Shown: piece by piece, positions 8,851 to 18,084 of the stretch
Numbering within the stretch: the first letter of the stretch is position 1
Layout: each line of letters begins with the position of its first letter
IMG/VR virus record: IMGVR_UViG_3300033075_001920
DNA length: 64,000 nt
Strand: one strand, 5' to 3'
From: a virus
Lineage: Duplodnaviria > Heunggongvirae > Uroviricota > Caudoviricetes
Translations under genes and position numbers: made by a program
The notes under the pieces: model-generated
What the model was told of the DNA's origin: nothing
The model's database searches: none
Seen by the model: only the letters and a program-made list of their open reading frames with translations

Positions 8851-9288
8851 ATGAGCATGTATGACTATATAGCCAGGAGAGATCCAAGAGGAGCAGTAAA
8901 AGTTCTTTCTGATTTCGGCTATCGTGTTACAGAACCAAGAACAATGGGAAACAACCTTCGCCTTTTGGTTCAAAAAGAAGGTCAACCGGCTCTGATTGCT
9001 ATTTTAGGATTACATCCGGACAAGGATGTAATTTTAGAAGCTTTCGGAGAAGAACAATCCACCCCGCAGGAAAAACCATGCGGATGCAAAGGTTGTTCAG
9101 AAAACAAAAGTTTCGTTAATGCCGATGGAAGCAAGGGTTTAACCTTAAATGAGCTTCTCCCAACCATGAATGCAAATATGCAGGCAAATAACGACGCTAA
9201 TAAACTCGCATCAACCAATAATGCCCTGATCATAGCAGGCGCATTGTTGTTTTCAACCCTCATATTCGTCAACATCAAAAACAAATAA
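8851..9288 (+). CDS. tail-anchored membrane protein (FxADGS paralog family)
   Basis: C-terminal TM ALIIAGALLFSTLIFV; SFVNADGSKGLT motif shared with next two genes. Confidence 0.5.
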   Translation: MSMYDYIARRDPRGAVKVLSDFGYRVTEPRTMGNNLRLLVQKEGQPALIAILGLHPDKDVILEAFGEEQSTPQEKPCGCKGCSENKSFVNADGSKGLTLNELLPTMNANMQANNDANKLASTNNALIIAGALLFSTLIFVNIKNK

Positions 9289-9293
9289 CGACA

Positions 9294-9902
9294 ATGGCAA
9301 CATTAAAACCCGAAGATAAACTTTTTACCGCGATGGCTTATACCATCGATAAAAAGCCTAAGGAAACATTGGCTGTAATCAGAAGAAATGGCATATTGCT
9401 TCCTTCCAATGCCAGCCGAAAAGACATCCAGGGAGCTGTTGCTTCCCTTTCCATGAGAAGTAAACCTTTCTGGAAGGATTTTTCGCTTTTAGTTCAAAAG
9501 ACAGGCGAAGAAAATTTCAAAGGATTTGTCCATGCTGACGGAACCCAAGGCTTGAACGATAGTGTAAAGGACAGTAAGAGTAAAGAAAAGAAGGACTATG
9601 CCGACTCTACCTTAGGGAAGGTATTTACTCCAGACTTTATTCAAAATATCCTTGGAACCGGAGTTCAGGTATGGGCTAACAAGCAAAACTCCAAGGCCGG
9701 TGTATCAGGTGTCAATAATGACATCAATTCCGGAAGGAGCAATTACTCCAATGAAGTATCCGGTTCTTCCGGAGATGGTACAGGCAATCCTCCACCTTCA
9801 AAAGGAATCGGGACTACCGGTATCATTTTGATTTCAGTGGGCGCTATTGCATTGATAGGCACAGTGGTCTATTTTGCAATGAAGAGTAAAAAAGGAAAAT
9901 GA
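9294..9902 (+). CDS. tail-anchored membrane protein (FxADGS paralog family)
   Basis: GFVHADGTQGLN motif; C-terminal TM GIILISVGAIALIGTVVYFAM. Confidence 0.5.
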   Translation: MATLKPEDKLFTAMAYTIDKKPKETLAVIRRNGILLPSNASRKDIQGAVASLSMRSKPFWKDFSLLVQKTGEENFKGFVHADGTQGLNDSVKDSKSKEKKDYADSTLGKVFTPDFIQNILGTGVQVWANKQNSKAGVSGVNNDINSGRSNYSNEVSGSSGDGTGNPPPSKGIGTTGIILISVGAIALIGTVVYFAMKSKKGK

Positions 9903-10141
9903 GTGAGGAAAATAAATATCAAGCTGCATTAGCAAAAGTCAGGAGAGAAAAAACCAACCTTTTAACAGATCAGTCAGGTGAAACGATGAATCTGGTAAAG
10001 GGAAGTGCTTTTGGACTTTTAGCTGGAGCCGGATATGGATTTTTCAAAAAGAAAAACGTATACGTCTGTGCCGTTTTAGGGGCGGTAATAGGCGGAGTGA
10101 TTAACGGAATTGTAATCCCCTATGCAAGTGAGAATATATGA
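9899..10141 (+). CDS. small membrane protein (80 aa)
   Basis: two hydrophobic helices AFGLLAGAGYGFF and VYVCAVLGAVIGGVINGIVI; ATGA overlap. Confidence 0.45.
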   Translation: MSEENKYQAALAKVRREKTNLLTDQSGETMNLVKGSAFGLLAGAGYGFFKKKNVYVCAVLGAVIGGVINGIVIPYASENI

Positions 10142-10386
10142 GTAAAGCTGAAAAAATAACACTTGTCTGTATTGCCGTTGGAGCACTGGCTCTTATTGGC
10201 TTGTACGGCAAAAAGATTTCGAGCTATTCATCATCAGACCCTGATGCACCGGTAGGCGACGAAACAGATTTTAATGCAGATGGAAGTCAGTTTAATTACA
10301 ATGCACATGGAAGTAAATTTTCAGATCGCCTGCAACAAAGACAAGTAAAAACCAAAAAGAAACTAACCTTAAATAACCTGTTATGA
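10138..10386 (+). CDS. small membrane protein (FxADGS-related)
   Basis: N-terminal TM ITLVCIAVGALALIGLYG; DFNADGSQF motif. Confidence 0.45.
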   Translation: MSKAEKITLVCIAVGALALIGLYGKKISSYSSSDPDAPVGDETDFNADGSQFNYNAHGSKFSDRLQQRQVKTKKKLTLNNLL

Positions 10387-10490
10387 ACAAAACAACCAAA
10401 ATCGTATTTACCATTGCCTTAGTTGGCATTGCAGCATTTTTAATATTCAAAAAACCGGCAGTTGTAGATCCGCCAAAAGAAGTCAAGTAA
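10383..10490 (+). CDS. very small membrane protein (35 aa)
   Basis: ATGA overlap with upstream stop; TM IVFTIALVGIAAFLIF. Confidence 0.3.
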   Translation: MNKTTKIVFTIALVGIAAFLIFKKPAVVDPPKEVK

Positions 10491-10491
10491 T

Positions 10492-11019
10492 ATGAAATCA
10501 AAAACCCTCATAAAGATTGCAGGAGCCGGATTGCTTGTTTATTTGATTTTCAAATCTTCAAAAAAGTCTGAAGCTCCGAAGGAAACTCCTAAATCTTCCG
10601 GTGGGGGTGGTGGAGGCGGTATGGCATCCAGCCCGATAATTCCTATTTATCCATCCTTTGGTGTTCCTTCAACAACAATAAATACTGTTGTTGGACCAAA
10701 TACCGGAGGCACCCTGTTTAATCCAAATCCTAATTTAATTACTCAGAAGGAAACAACAGGTACCAAGGCTGAAACCACAAAAACCGGAGATAACCAGAAC
10801 ACTACCTATAAAACCCAGGGAGAAGTAACAGGCGGTGGTATTACAGGCGGAGGCACAGGTCAAGGTACCGGATACACGACATCCGGAGGTTCTGGCAGTA
10901 ATGTTTTGACCAAGGATGGAGCAGGCTCCGGAACTAATACAGGAGGCGGACTGGTAGTAAACATGGATGGATTTTCCAAACCAAAAAAAGGCTTACATTT
11001 AGATCATTTCAGAAAATGA
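10492..11019 (+). CDS. N-terminally anchored G/T-rich membrane protein
   Basis: TM LIKIAGAGLLVYLIF then GGGGGGG and GT-rich low complexity. Confidence 0.5.
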   Translation: MKSKTLIKIAGAGLLVYLIFKSSKKSEAPKETPKSSGGGGGGGMASSPIIPIYPSFGVPSTTINTVVGPNTGGTLFNPNPNLITQKETTGTKAETTKTGDNQNTTYKTQGEVTGGGITGGGTGQGTGYTTSGGSGSNVLTKDGAGSGTNTGGGLVVNMDGFSKPKKGLHLDHFRK

Positions 11020-11342
11020 ATAAAACAATTAAAACAGGACTAATGGTGGTAGGTGGCATTGCGGTAGTAATGTTTGCTGCAGGATTCATGGGTAAAAGAA
11101 AAGCTGCTGAAACAGCTTCACCAACCCCGAGCAAACCGGAAGAAAGACCTTCCGATAATGCAAAAGATACGACCACGGCCAATTCGTATGACCCTACGAA
11201 ATTTGGATACAATCCGGGAGCAAAACCTCCGGACATTAAAATAAGTAGTGGCCCTATTCCAACTGAAGTAAATCCGGATTCGAAAACAGTCTTTACTGCT
11301 TTTGATGGTGGGTTAACACTGTCAAAAATACCAAGACGATGA
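11016..11342 (+). CDS. N-terminally anchored membrane protein
   Basis: TM GLMVVGGIAVVMFAAGFMG; ATGA overlap. Confidence 0.45.
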   Translation: MNKTIKTGLMVVGGIAVVMFAAGFMGKRKAAETASPTPSKPEERPSDNAKDTTTANSYDPTKFGYNPGAKPPDIKISSGPIPTEVNPDSKTVFTAFDGGLTLSKIPRR

Positions 11343-11662
11343 AAAAGATATTATACATCATAGTGCCAATTGGTCTTGCAGCTGCAGGATTTTTGGTGTA
11401 TAAGAAGTTTTCATCTTCCGGCTCTACCGATGCAGGACCGGTTGAAACTACTCCGGAATTAAAAGATCCGGCTCAAACCCCGTCGGCTCCAAAATTCGAT
11501 ACAGCCAAGGTACCGGCCGTAAACAGCGATAGCAATATTGCAAAAAGCGGAACAGGAAGCTGGATGGCTCCATCAGGTGGCGCAAGCGGCGTGGTTGCAA
11601 ACTTTTCAGGAACAGAAAAAAAAGGATTGTACATAAATGATATCGGCAAATCAGGAATATAA
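11339..11662 (+). CDS. N-terminally anchored membrane protein
   Basis: TM ILYIIVPIGLAAAGFLVY; ATGA overlap. Confidence 0.45.
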   Translation: MKKILYIIVPIGLAAAGFLVYKKFSSSGSTDAGPVETTPELKDPAQTPSAPKFDTAKVPAVNSDSNIAKSGTGSWMAPSGGASGVVANFSGTEKKGLYINDIGKSGI

Positions 11663-11909
11663 GCTCTCAGGATCAACTTTGCCTTTCGCCCAGTGGCTTG
11701 AAAGGGAAAAAACAAAAGGCAGATTCATTCCCAACAAGGGAGCGACAGAGGAATTCATGAATTTTGCAGGAGCGGAAAAATATCCATCTCCGGATGGAAG
11801 TGAACCAATTCCTGCAGCAAACTACGTGGTTCCAAACCTGCTTAGAACAGCTGCTTTGATTGGTGTTGTTTACATAGTTTATAGAGTATACAAAAATGCC
11901 CAAAAATAA
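11637..11909 (+). CDS. tail-anchored membrane protein
   Basis: C-terminal TM LLRTAALIGVVYIVYRVY. Confidence 0.4.
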   Translation: MISANQEYKLSGSTLPFAQWLEREKTKGRFIPNKGATEEFMNFAGAEKYPSPDGSEPIPAANYVVPNLLRTAALIGVVYIVYRVYKNAQK

Positions 11910-12153
11910 GGTTGTAAAATATGCGCTCATTACACTTGGACTTATAGTATTATATGTCAACAGAGCTATTTTCAACCCTGTAAAATTGCCATTGAATGCA
12001 GATGCCGGTGCCAAAGGAGAAGATGCTAACGTAGCCGATCCCGAAAACGCCAAGAGTGATAACCAGACAGCAATTGACCGTGCATTACTCAAAATCAAGA
12101 CAGGTTCTGTAAAAGTAAATCCAACATCGAAGGAGGCGAGCCAGAGCCTATGA
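11896..12153 (+). CDS. N-terminally anchored membrane protein
   Basis: TM VKYALITLGLIVLYV. Confidence 0.4.
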   Translation: MPKNKVVKYALITLGLIVLYVNRAIFNPVKLPLNADAGAKGEDANVADPENAKSDNQTAIDRALLKIKTGSVKVNPTSKEASQSL

Positions 12154-12944
12154 AGTATAGAGTAACGACTAACAACGCACCGATTCGTCTGGAAATAAAA
12201 GTTAAAACATCAAAACCCGAAACGCTGTGTGTATTGGTCTATGATGAAAAGAATCCGGAAGGTACTGTATTTACAAACCGGTGGAAAACAATCAATGGAG
12301 AGGAAACATTTTCCGTCCGTCTTCCATTGAGTCCGGCAACTGCCATTGTGGAGGTTTATAACAAAGCACTTGGCCGTGGAATAAAAAGGGAAAATGAAAC
12401 TTCGTTCTCTATAGAATCAGTTGAAAAGAAAGCACTTGAGCGCAAACTTGCACCAAGCGATATTGCCAATGCCGATATAAGGTCCTTTGTTGACTTTGCG
12501 TGTGCAGTGGCATATAACCTTGGCACAATGGAGCCGGATAAGGCTTACCAAAGTGATGACGGCAAATTCTTCATTAAACTCTCCGGCAGAATGCTGGATA
12601 AACAGGGAAATGAAGTAACCACCCCGGCAAGGATTAACCGCCATACAGGTGTAATTCAGGTATCTAAAAAGCAGATGCTTAAAATGACTGTTCCAATGCG
12701 TTTTGCAATCTTAATGCATGAATTCAGCCATTATTATCTGAATGAAAAGATTGACGATGAGATGGAAGCAGACTTAAACGGCCTGCTGATTTATCTCGGA
12801 TTGGGATTCCCGAGAATAGAAGCATATCAGGCTTTTCTTGAAACCTTCAAGAACCGCCCGAGCGAACTAAATAAAGACCGGTATGATATTATAAATAAAT
12901 TCATTACCGATTTTGAAAACATAGGAATAGTGATCAACAAATGA
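12150..12944 (+). CDS. HExxH zinc metallopeptidase-like protein
   Basis: LMHEFSHYYL contains an HExxH motif; rest unrecognised. Confidence 0.4.
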   Translation: MKYRVTTNNAPIRLEIKVKTSKPETLCVLVYDEKNPEGTVFTNRWKTINGEETFSVRLPLSPATAIVEVYNKALGRGIKRENETSFSIESVEKKALERKLAPSDIANADIRSFVDFACAVAYNLGTMEPDKAYQSDDGKFFIKLSGRMLDKQGNEVTTPARINRHTGVIQVSKKQMLKMTVPMRFAILMHEFSHYYLNEKIDDEMEADLNGLLIYLGLGFPRIEAYQAFLETFKNRPSELNKDRYDIINKFITDFENIGIVINK

Positions 12945-13081
12945 CAAAGAAAATAATTATCATATCGCTTTTGTCAGCCGGGTTAATAGCACTTGGAATC
13001 CATTATGTATCCAAAGATAAAAAGATGCGTATGGGCTCAAAAGAAGCTAATCAGGCGCTGGAAGGTATGAAAATGTATTAA
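12941..13081 (+). CDS. small membrane protein (46 aa)
   Basis: ATGA overlap; TM IIIISLLSAGLIALGIHYV. Confidence 0.3.
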   Translation: MTKKIIIISLLSAGLIALGIHYVSKDKKMRMGSKEANQALEGMKMY

Positions 13082-13084
13082 CAG

Positions 13085-13936
13085 ATGGCAGACCAGTATG
13101 GATATCGTGCAGTAATGATTAACCAGGCTAATCCGGGTTATCCGGCCGGTGCTGTGGCTATCATTAATTTTCTTAAGGATAAATACCGTAAGGAAATAGA
13201 TGCAGCTGCAGACAGGTGGAAAGTTCCGCCACCCATTCTGTATTCGTTCTTTGGAGTTGAATCAGGAAGGGGAGGTAACGATTTGGATTCTTTTGATAAG
13301 CGCACAGTTGGAGGCGTAACAGTTCCCAACACATATGCGCTATGTCAGACCAATTCGATTGGAATTAATGGAGCAATCAAATCCTGTCTGGCAGGCGATT
13401 GCACCCTTGGTCAGATCTATCCGGTTTATGATGCCTTTCCGATAGCGTTTAAGATTGTAAAGAATCTTCCTCCAAAGGCAGATTTCTGGAAAGATGAGTA
13501 CAAGACCAAGAGAAATGAGAAGGCCAGTGATTATTTTGAACTCAGTGATGCTGCCAGAGCTTTTGAAAAAGCAAAGGGAAACATTAAGTCGTATTGGGAT
13601 GCCGGCGCTAAAAAATTAAAATCAGATCCGGGCTTCTCTACCAATATTGGAGCAATACTTTTGAGCAAATATCTCTTAGAGGATTTATCAAAGGTAAAAG
13701 AGGAGGAAATTGATGGAAAGAAAGTAAAGATGGCAAGGCTCGACTGGGTAATTACCAAGTACAATGCCGGTCCGAATGCTTTCAAAAACATGGAGGAGAA
13801 AAAAAATGACAAGGTACAAGCTGATACCACAGTGTTTATTACGATTGTTCCCAGCTATACCAAGTCGTATATTATAAAATTGGTAGGCAAGGATGGTCTA
13901 CTGGATGTACAAAAAAGAGGACTTGTAAAAGTGTAA
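13085..13936 (+). CDS. lytic transglycosylase-like (SLT domain) protein
   Basis: FGVESGRGG (catalytic ES), ALCQT and WVITKYNAGPNAF resemble SLT motifs ES..., GLMQ, AYNAG.G. Confidence 0.5.
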   Translation: MADQYGYRAVMINQANPGYPAGAVAIINFLKDKYRKEIDAAADRWKVPPPILYSFFGVESGRGGNDLDSFDKRTVGGVTVPNTYALCQTNSIGINGAIKSCLAGDCTLGQIYPVYDAFPIAFKIVKNLPPKADFWKDEYKTKRNEKASDYFELSDAARAFEKAKGNIKSYWDAGAKKLKSDPGFSTNIGAILLSKYLLEDLSKVKEEEIDGKKVKMARLDWVITKYNAGPNAFKNMEEKKNDKVQADTTVFITIVPSYTKSYIIKLVGKDGLLDVQKRGLVKV

Positions 13937-13937
13937 T

Positions 13938-14381
13938 ATGGCAGTTAACACATGGAATATCGCACCGGATTATGATGAATGGGGAGTTGATTCTTCCTGG
14001 ACAGCAGCCGATTGGATTCAGTGGCATAAGCTGCTTAAGGAAAAATTTGGCAAAGACAAAGCAAAAATTGCCTGGGAATATGCCTATGCGAAAAATGGTG
14101 CTTTTGCCAAGGCTTGGGATTACCGAGTGTTTAATTCAGGTTTCCGCCAGTATGTTCAGGATGAAAACCTTGATCCGTATGTCAATGCCGGGTTATTCGA
14201 TCCTCTTTTGAAAGGATACGCAACCGTATCGGATGTATTTGATTCTGTAACGGATGGTATATCTGGAGTATTCGGAGGAAGCAAGACAGGAAAAACCGTA
14301 GTTACGGTTATACTTATTGCCGGTATTTCGTTTGCGGTTTTCAAAGGAGTTCAGGCATTTAAAATGTTAAAATCAGAGTGA
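13938..14381 (+). CDS. tail-anchored membrane protein
   Basis: C-terminal TM TVVTVILIAGISFAVF. Confidence 0.45.
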   Translation: MAVNTWNIAPDYDEWGVDSSWTAADWIQWHKLLKEKFGKDKAKIAWEYAYAKNGAFAKAWDYRVFNSGFRQYVQDENLDPYVNAGLFDPLLKGYATVSDVFDSVTDGISGVFGGSKTGKTVVTVILIAGISFAVFKGVQAFKMLKSE

Positions 14382-14545
14382 TGACAGAGAGTAAAAAAAC
14401 CATATTGATTGTAATCTCCACTGTGCTGATAAGCGGTACCATTATCGGTATGGCGATACATAAAGTGCGTAAGGAGAAGATGAATCTGGTTAATGATAAG
14501 GATTTTCAGGAATTAATGAAAAAAATTGACAATGCCAAAAAGTAA
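14381..14545 (+). CDS. small membrane protein (54 aa)
   Basis: 1-nt overlap ATG; TM ILIVISTVLISGTIIGMAI. Confidence 0.3.
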   Translation: MTESKKTILIVISTVLISGTIIGMAIHKVRKEKMNLVNDKDFQELMKKIDNAKK

Positions 14546-15023
14546 AGTATACATATTTTCAGGTCTGGCCATTTCGCTCTCGATTGTAGCTTACTTTTTT
14601 ATAACCAAAAAGAAAAAGTTACCGCCAAGTGAAATACCAAAAGTGGATGCTTCCGGTGAAGAAATTACCAAGGAGCAAACAGTCATTCCTGAATCTTTGG
14701 CAGCTCTGATGAAGCTATCGGCAGCTAATGCGACCAAAGCGCTTAGGGGTAAGGATGTATATACTAAACTGAATGATGCCAACGCGCGGGAAGTTGCCTG
14801 GGTAAACAATGGGGTTATAAATAATCTCATAGGTACCATTAAGACCAAGGGCACTTATGTCGGAAAAATACTGGATGTGGAAGAGGATGGCAATGGAGCA
14901 AGAAACGGAGACAGAATATACAAGTGGGTAATGATTGCCCCAACAAGCAAGGAAGCGCGTAAAGACCTGGGAACCGATAGACCAATTTATTTAAGAGAAG
15001 ACGTAATTAATTTGACAAAATGA
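14532..15023 (+). CDS. N-terminally anchored membrane protein
   Basis: ATG 14532 (track uses TTG 14526); TM VYIFSGLAISLSIVAYFFI. Confidence 0.45.
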   Translation: MPKSKVYIFSGLAISLSIVAYFFITKKKKLPPSEIPKVDASGEEITKEQTVIPESLAALMKLSAANATKALRGKDVYTKLNDANAREVAWVNNGVINNLIGTIKTKGTYVGKILDVEEDGNGARNGDRIYKWVMIAPTSKEARKDLGTDRPIYLREDVINLTK

Positions 15024-15649
15024 ACAGAACATTAAAATACAGCCTTTATTTTGGCGTAGCAGCATTATCAACACTAATTCTTGTCAAGTTGCTAAGGAAA
15101 AAAGAAGAGGAGCCTGTAATCGATTTACCTTCACCTTCCGGCGGAGTGACTTTGAATAACATTCCAAAGTCTATAAACAGATCTGCTATTTTAGTTTTTG
15201 GTTCAAAAGGAGCGGAAGTAAAAGAACTGCAGAAGATACTGGGAGTTACTGCCGATGGCATATTTGGGAAAGATACTCAGGCGGCTTTGGCTGCAAAAAC
15301 CGGTCAAACTTCAGCATCGCTTAATACCGTAAGTAGAATCATGGCTGAGTATGCCGCTAAGAAAGCGCTTGAAGCTAAACTCAGTGGTATTAAATCCACT
15401 TTCCCGGTTGGCAAACCGGTTACGGCTGCGGCAACATTCAGGGCGTTTGCTTATCAATTCCGGAATGGGGATTGGTACCCAACGGATGCTAATGGCAAAT
15501 CACTTCCGAGCAAAGAATTTTTGAAAACAGCCGATATGGGTAAGGTATTCGGATATGGAAAAGCAGATCCGAATCTTATCATTATTGAACTGCCTCAGAC
15601 AATAGAGGGATGGAGATATGCAGGTGTAAAATCGACTTGGATTAAGTAA
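15020..15649 (+). CDS. membrane-anchored protein with peptidoglycan-binding (PG_binding_1-like) domain
   Basis: TM YSLYFGVAALSTLILVKLL; GSKGAEVKELQKILGVTADGIFGKDTQAALAAKTG matches PGBD pattern (V..LQ..L....DG.FG..T..A). Confidence 0.6.
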   Translation: MNRTLKYSLYFGVAALSTLILVKLLRKKEEEPVIDLPSPSGGVTLNNIPKSINRSAILVFGSKGAEVKELQKILGVTADGIFGKDTQAALAAKTGQTSASLNTVSRIMAEYAAKKALEAKLSGIKSTFPVGKPVTAAATFRAFAYQFRNGDWYPTDANGKSLPSKEFLKTADMGKVFGYGKADPNLIIIELPQTIEGWRYAGVKSTWIK

Positions 15650-16146
15650 TGGATATTGATGTATTCTATCGCAATGGTGACGCCAGTTTTGGTGTAGATG
15701 GAAATAAAAATTTCGTAGAGGAATTTTCATGGCCAATGATAAATGCGTCAGGTCCGGAGCAGGAAGCACTTTCTTCTTACAGAAAGCAGCTTACCCCAAA
15801 GATGAAATCCGATTGTGCGGCTTTGGCTACTCTTCTATCGCAGGTTAAAAGCGAAATAGAAATAGCGACTGCAGGTAAAATTGCAGCTAAGTCATCGGAG
15901 AAAAAGAAGATTGAACAAAAGATCGCCGGACTTGAAAAGGCGAAAAACGAGATACAGGCAGCATACAATTCCGGAAAATGCGATGCTAAAATAGCGCAGA
16001 AAGACCAGGATGCTCTTTATGCTGCATTAGGTGTAGGAAAAGGTCCGGATGTGGCAAAAGTAGGAACCTACCTTATTGTAGGCGGAATCGGAGTGGTGGC
16101 GTTGGCTGTAGGTGTAATATTGTATAGAAAATTTAGAAAAAAATGA
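15649..16146 (+). CDS. tail-anchored coiled-coil membrane protein
   Basis: C-terminal TM TYLIVGGIGVVALAVGVILY. Confidence 0.45.
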   Translation: MDIDVFYRNGDASFGVDGNKNFVEEFSWPMINASGPEQEALSSYRKQLTPKMKSDCAALATLLSQVKSEIEIATAGKIAAKSSEKKKIEQKIAGLEKAKNEIQAAYNSGKCDAKIAQKDQDALYAALGVGKGPDVAKVGTYLIVGGIGVVALAVGVILYRKFRKK

Positions 16147-16817
16147 GCGACATTTCAAAACAACTTGGACTAAGGGTAATTCCGGAAATTAAAAACACAA
16201 AGACCATTGATCAGGAATTGGGTATTGGTGTTAATAAGGAAGGTATTGTAAAGGTTTCTCAGCCTAATGAATTCAATTTTTTAGGTATAGGGGAAGGTAA
16301 ACAAAAAGCCAAAAAAACCTATGGAAAGATAGGTCAGCCGAATGCGACACTTATCCAGGAAGCCCGTAACAGGATTTTAGCAGAATTCCCTTTTGAAAAA
16401 TCAAGAGCTGCCAGTTCTACAGAAATCGGAGCAATGATCAGTAAAGCTGATCAGGAGATGGACCATGCTTTAAATCAGATGGGAGAATCCAGAAAAAGCA
16501 TAGGAAAATTCATCGGTACCGATTTTAAAGGCAATGGAACATGCGGAGATAACATAGAGTGCGTGAATAAAGCGTTTGCATCCTATCAACAATGGGATAA
16601 ACGCAGAACTGAGCTGGTAAAAGACCAGATAGATGCCGTGGCAAGAGAAGAAAAAGCAGCCGAAAAAGCCGCATCTGATTCAGCCCCTTCGCCTAAAAGT
16701 AAGCCGGGAGCTGGTAATATCACGGCAAACATAAAAAACAACTGGTTGTGGTGGACTCTTGGTTCAGCGGCAGCCATATCAATTGTAGTATTTATTTACA
16801 AAAAACGAAATGGATAA
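16143..16817 (+). CDS. tail-anchored membrane protein
   Basis: C-terminal TM WWTLGSAAAISIVVFIY. Confidence 0.45.
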   Translation: MSDISKQLGLRVIPEIKNTKTIDQELGIGVNKEGIVKVSQPNEFNFLGIGEGKQKAKKTYGKIGQPNATLIQEARNRILAEFPFEKSRAASSTEIGAMISKADQEMDHALNQMGESRKSIGKFIGTDFKGNGTCGDNIECVNKAFASYQQWDKRRTELVKDQIDAVAREEKAAEKAASDSAPSPKSKPGAGNITANIKNNWLWWTLGSAAAISIVVFIYKKRNG

Positions 16818-17079
16818 TTTTACAGAATTTTTTAACGACACAGGGTCATCCATTGACAGTTTTCAAGTCAATCAGACCATTGAGAAAGCAAAAACATTTT
16901 CTCAAAAGCTTCAAGACCTAATCGGTCCGGAAGCCGGTAAATTCATTGCTCAGGAACAAGCAAGGGCAGACAGGCTCAATGCCAAGGAAGCCATTGTTCC
17001 GAATGTGCCAAACAGCGCATTGTATTACATTGCTGCAGCTGGAGCACTTTATCTGGGATACAGACTGTTATTTAAATGA
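16810..17079 (+). CDS. tail-anchored membrane protein
   Basis: C-terminal TM LYYIAAAGALYLGYRLLF. Confidence 0.4.
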   Translation: MDNFTEFFNDTGSSIDSFQVNQTIEKAKTFSQKLQDLIGPEAGKFIAQEQARADRLNAKEAIVPNVPNSALYYIAAAGALYLGYRLLFK

Positions 17080-17591
17080 AAAAAAGCACCATCATATTGC
17101 TAACCGGAGGCGCTGTGGTAGCGGGGCTTATGGGCAGGTATGTGTACAGAAATATTGTACTTGCAAAAGACTACGATTTCAAGTTCAATGGTTTCATACC
17201 TACCGGAATTCGTCTTACAGGAGATGATCCTAAAATTTCAGGCAAGGCATCGCTGCAGTTTATCAATAAGAGCGATATCAAAGCTGTCATTAAGGATATC
17301 AATATACAGGTGTTCAGTAAAAATGTTCGCCTGGGAGCAATTGAAAAGCCGGAAGTAGTTTCTATAGCACCAAAAGGATTTACAACATTCAATTTTGATA
17401 TTTCCTTTAATCCAAAATCGGTTGTAGATAATTGGCGCATTTTAACATCAACAATAATCAACGATAAGAACATACCTATGGATTTTGTTGGTCAGTTAAA
17501 AGTGGATACTGCTTTTGGATTTATAAAGATTCCGATTAAGTATTCCACAACGGGTAAAGATTTGTATGCGCTTTATCAACAGTACTACTAA
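17076..17591 (+). CDS. N-terminally anchored protein
   Basis: TM TIILLTGGAVVAGLMGRYVY; beta-rich remainder. Confidence 0.45.
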   Translation: MKKSTIILLTGGAVVAGLMGRYVYRNIVLAKDYDFKFNGFIPTGIRLTGDDPKISGKASLQFINKSDIKAVIKDINIQVFSKNVRLGAIEKPEVVSIAPKGFTTFNFDISFNPKSVVDNWRILTSTIINDKNIPMDFVGQLKVDTAFGFIKIPIKYSTTGKDLYALYQQYY

Positions 17592-17625
17592 TAAAGAACT
17601 ATTTTTGTATAAATATTAAATATAT

Positions 17626-18078
17626 ATGTTACATAAGATGATTGGTCAAGCGTTCGGACCCAAAATAGAGCGCAATTTCATTAACGGATTAAAAAAATTT
17701 GCTAGTGAGAGTTCAGTTCTGATAAATGAAGTTCAGGTACGAATCACTCCTTCCGTTGTCAATGATCAACCGGCGCTTATTTACCACAAGGCGGTTAATT
17801 GGCAGGTTATGGAAGAGGTTACGTTTAAAAGAATCATGGATTTAAACTTAGATCTTTTAAACTTAGAGGCAAACATATCTCCGGCTATATTTCAAATTAT
17901 AGCTGAGCAGAGCGAAAAACTCTCTATCGAACCGAATATGATTTCTGCATGGATGTTTTTGGTTCAGCAGGAAGAAGCTTCAGAGCCGACGATAATGGTA
18001 TTCTTCTACAATGGCACCGAGCCGGTAAAAGGATATCCGATATTAGAATTATTTGAAACAGAAGAAGAACCAACGTAA
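17626..18078 (+). CDS. hypothetical protein (150 aa)
   Basis: ORF preceding spike gene. Confidence 0.45.
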   Translation: MLHKMIGQAFGPKIERNFINGLKKFASESSVLINEVQVRITPSVVNDQPALIYHKAVNWQVMEEVTFKRIMDLNLDLLNLEANISPAIFQIIAEQSEKLSIEPNMISAWMFLVQQEEASEPTIMVFFYNGTEPVKGYPILELFETEEEPT

Positions 18079-18084
18079 TAAATT

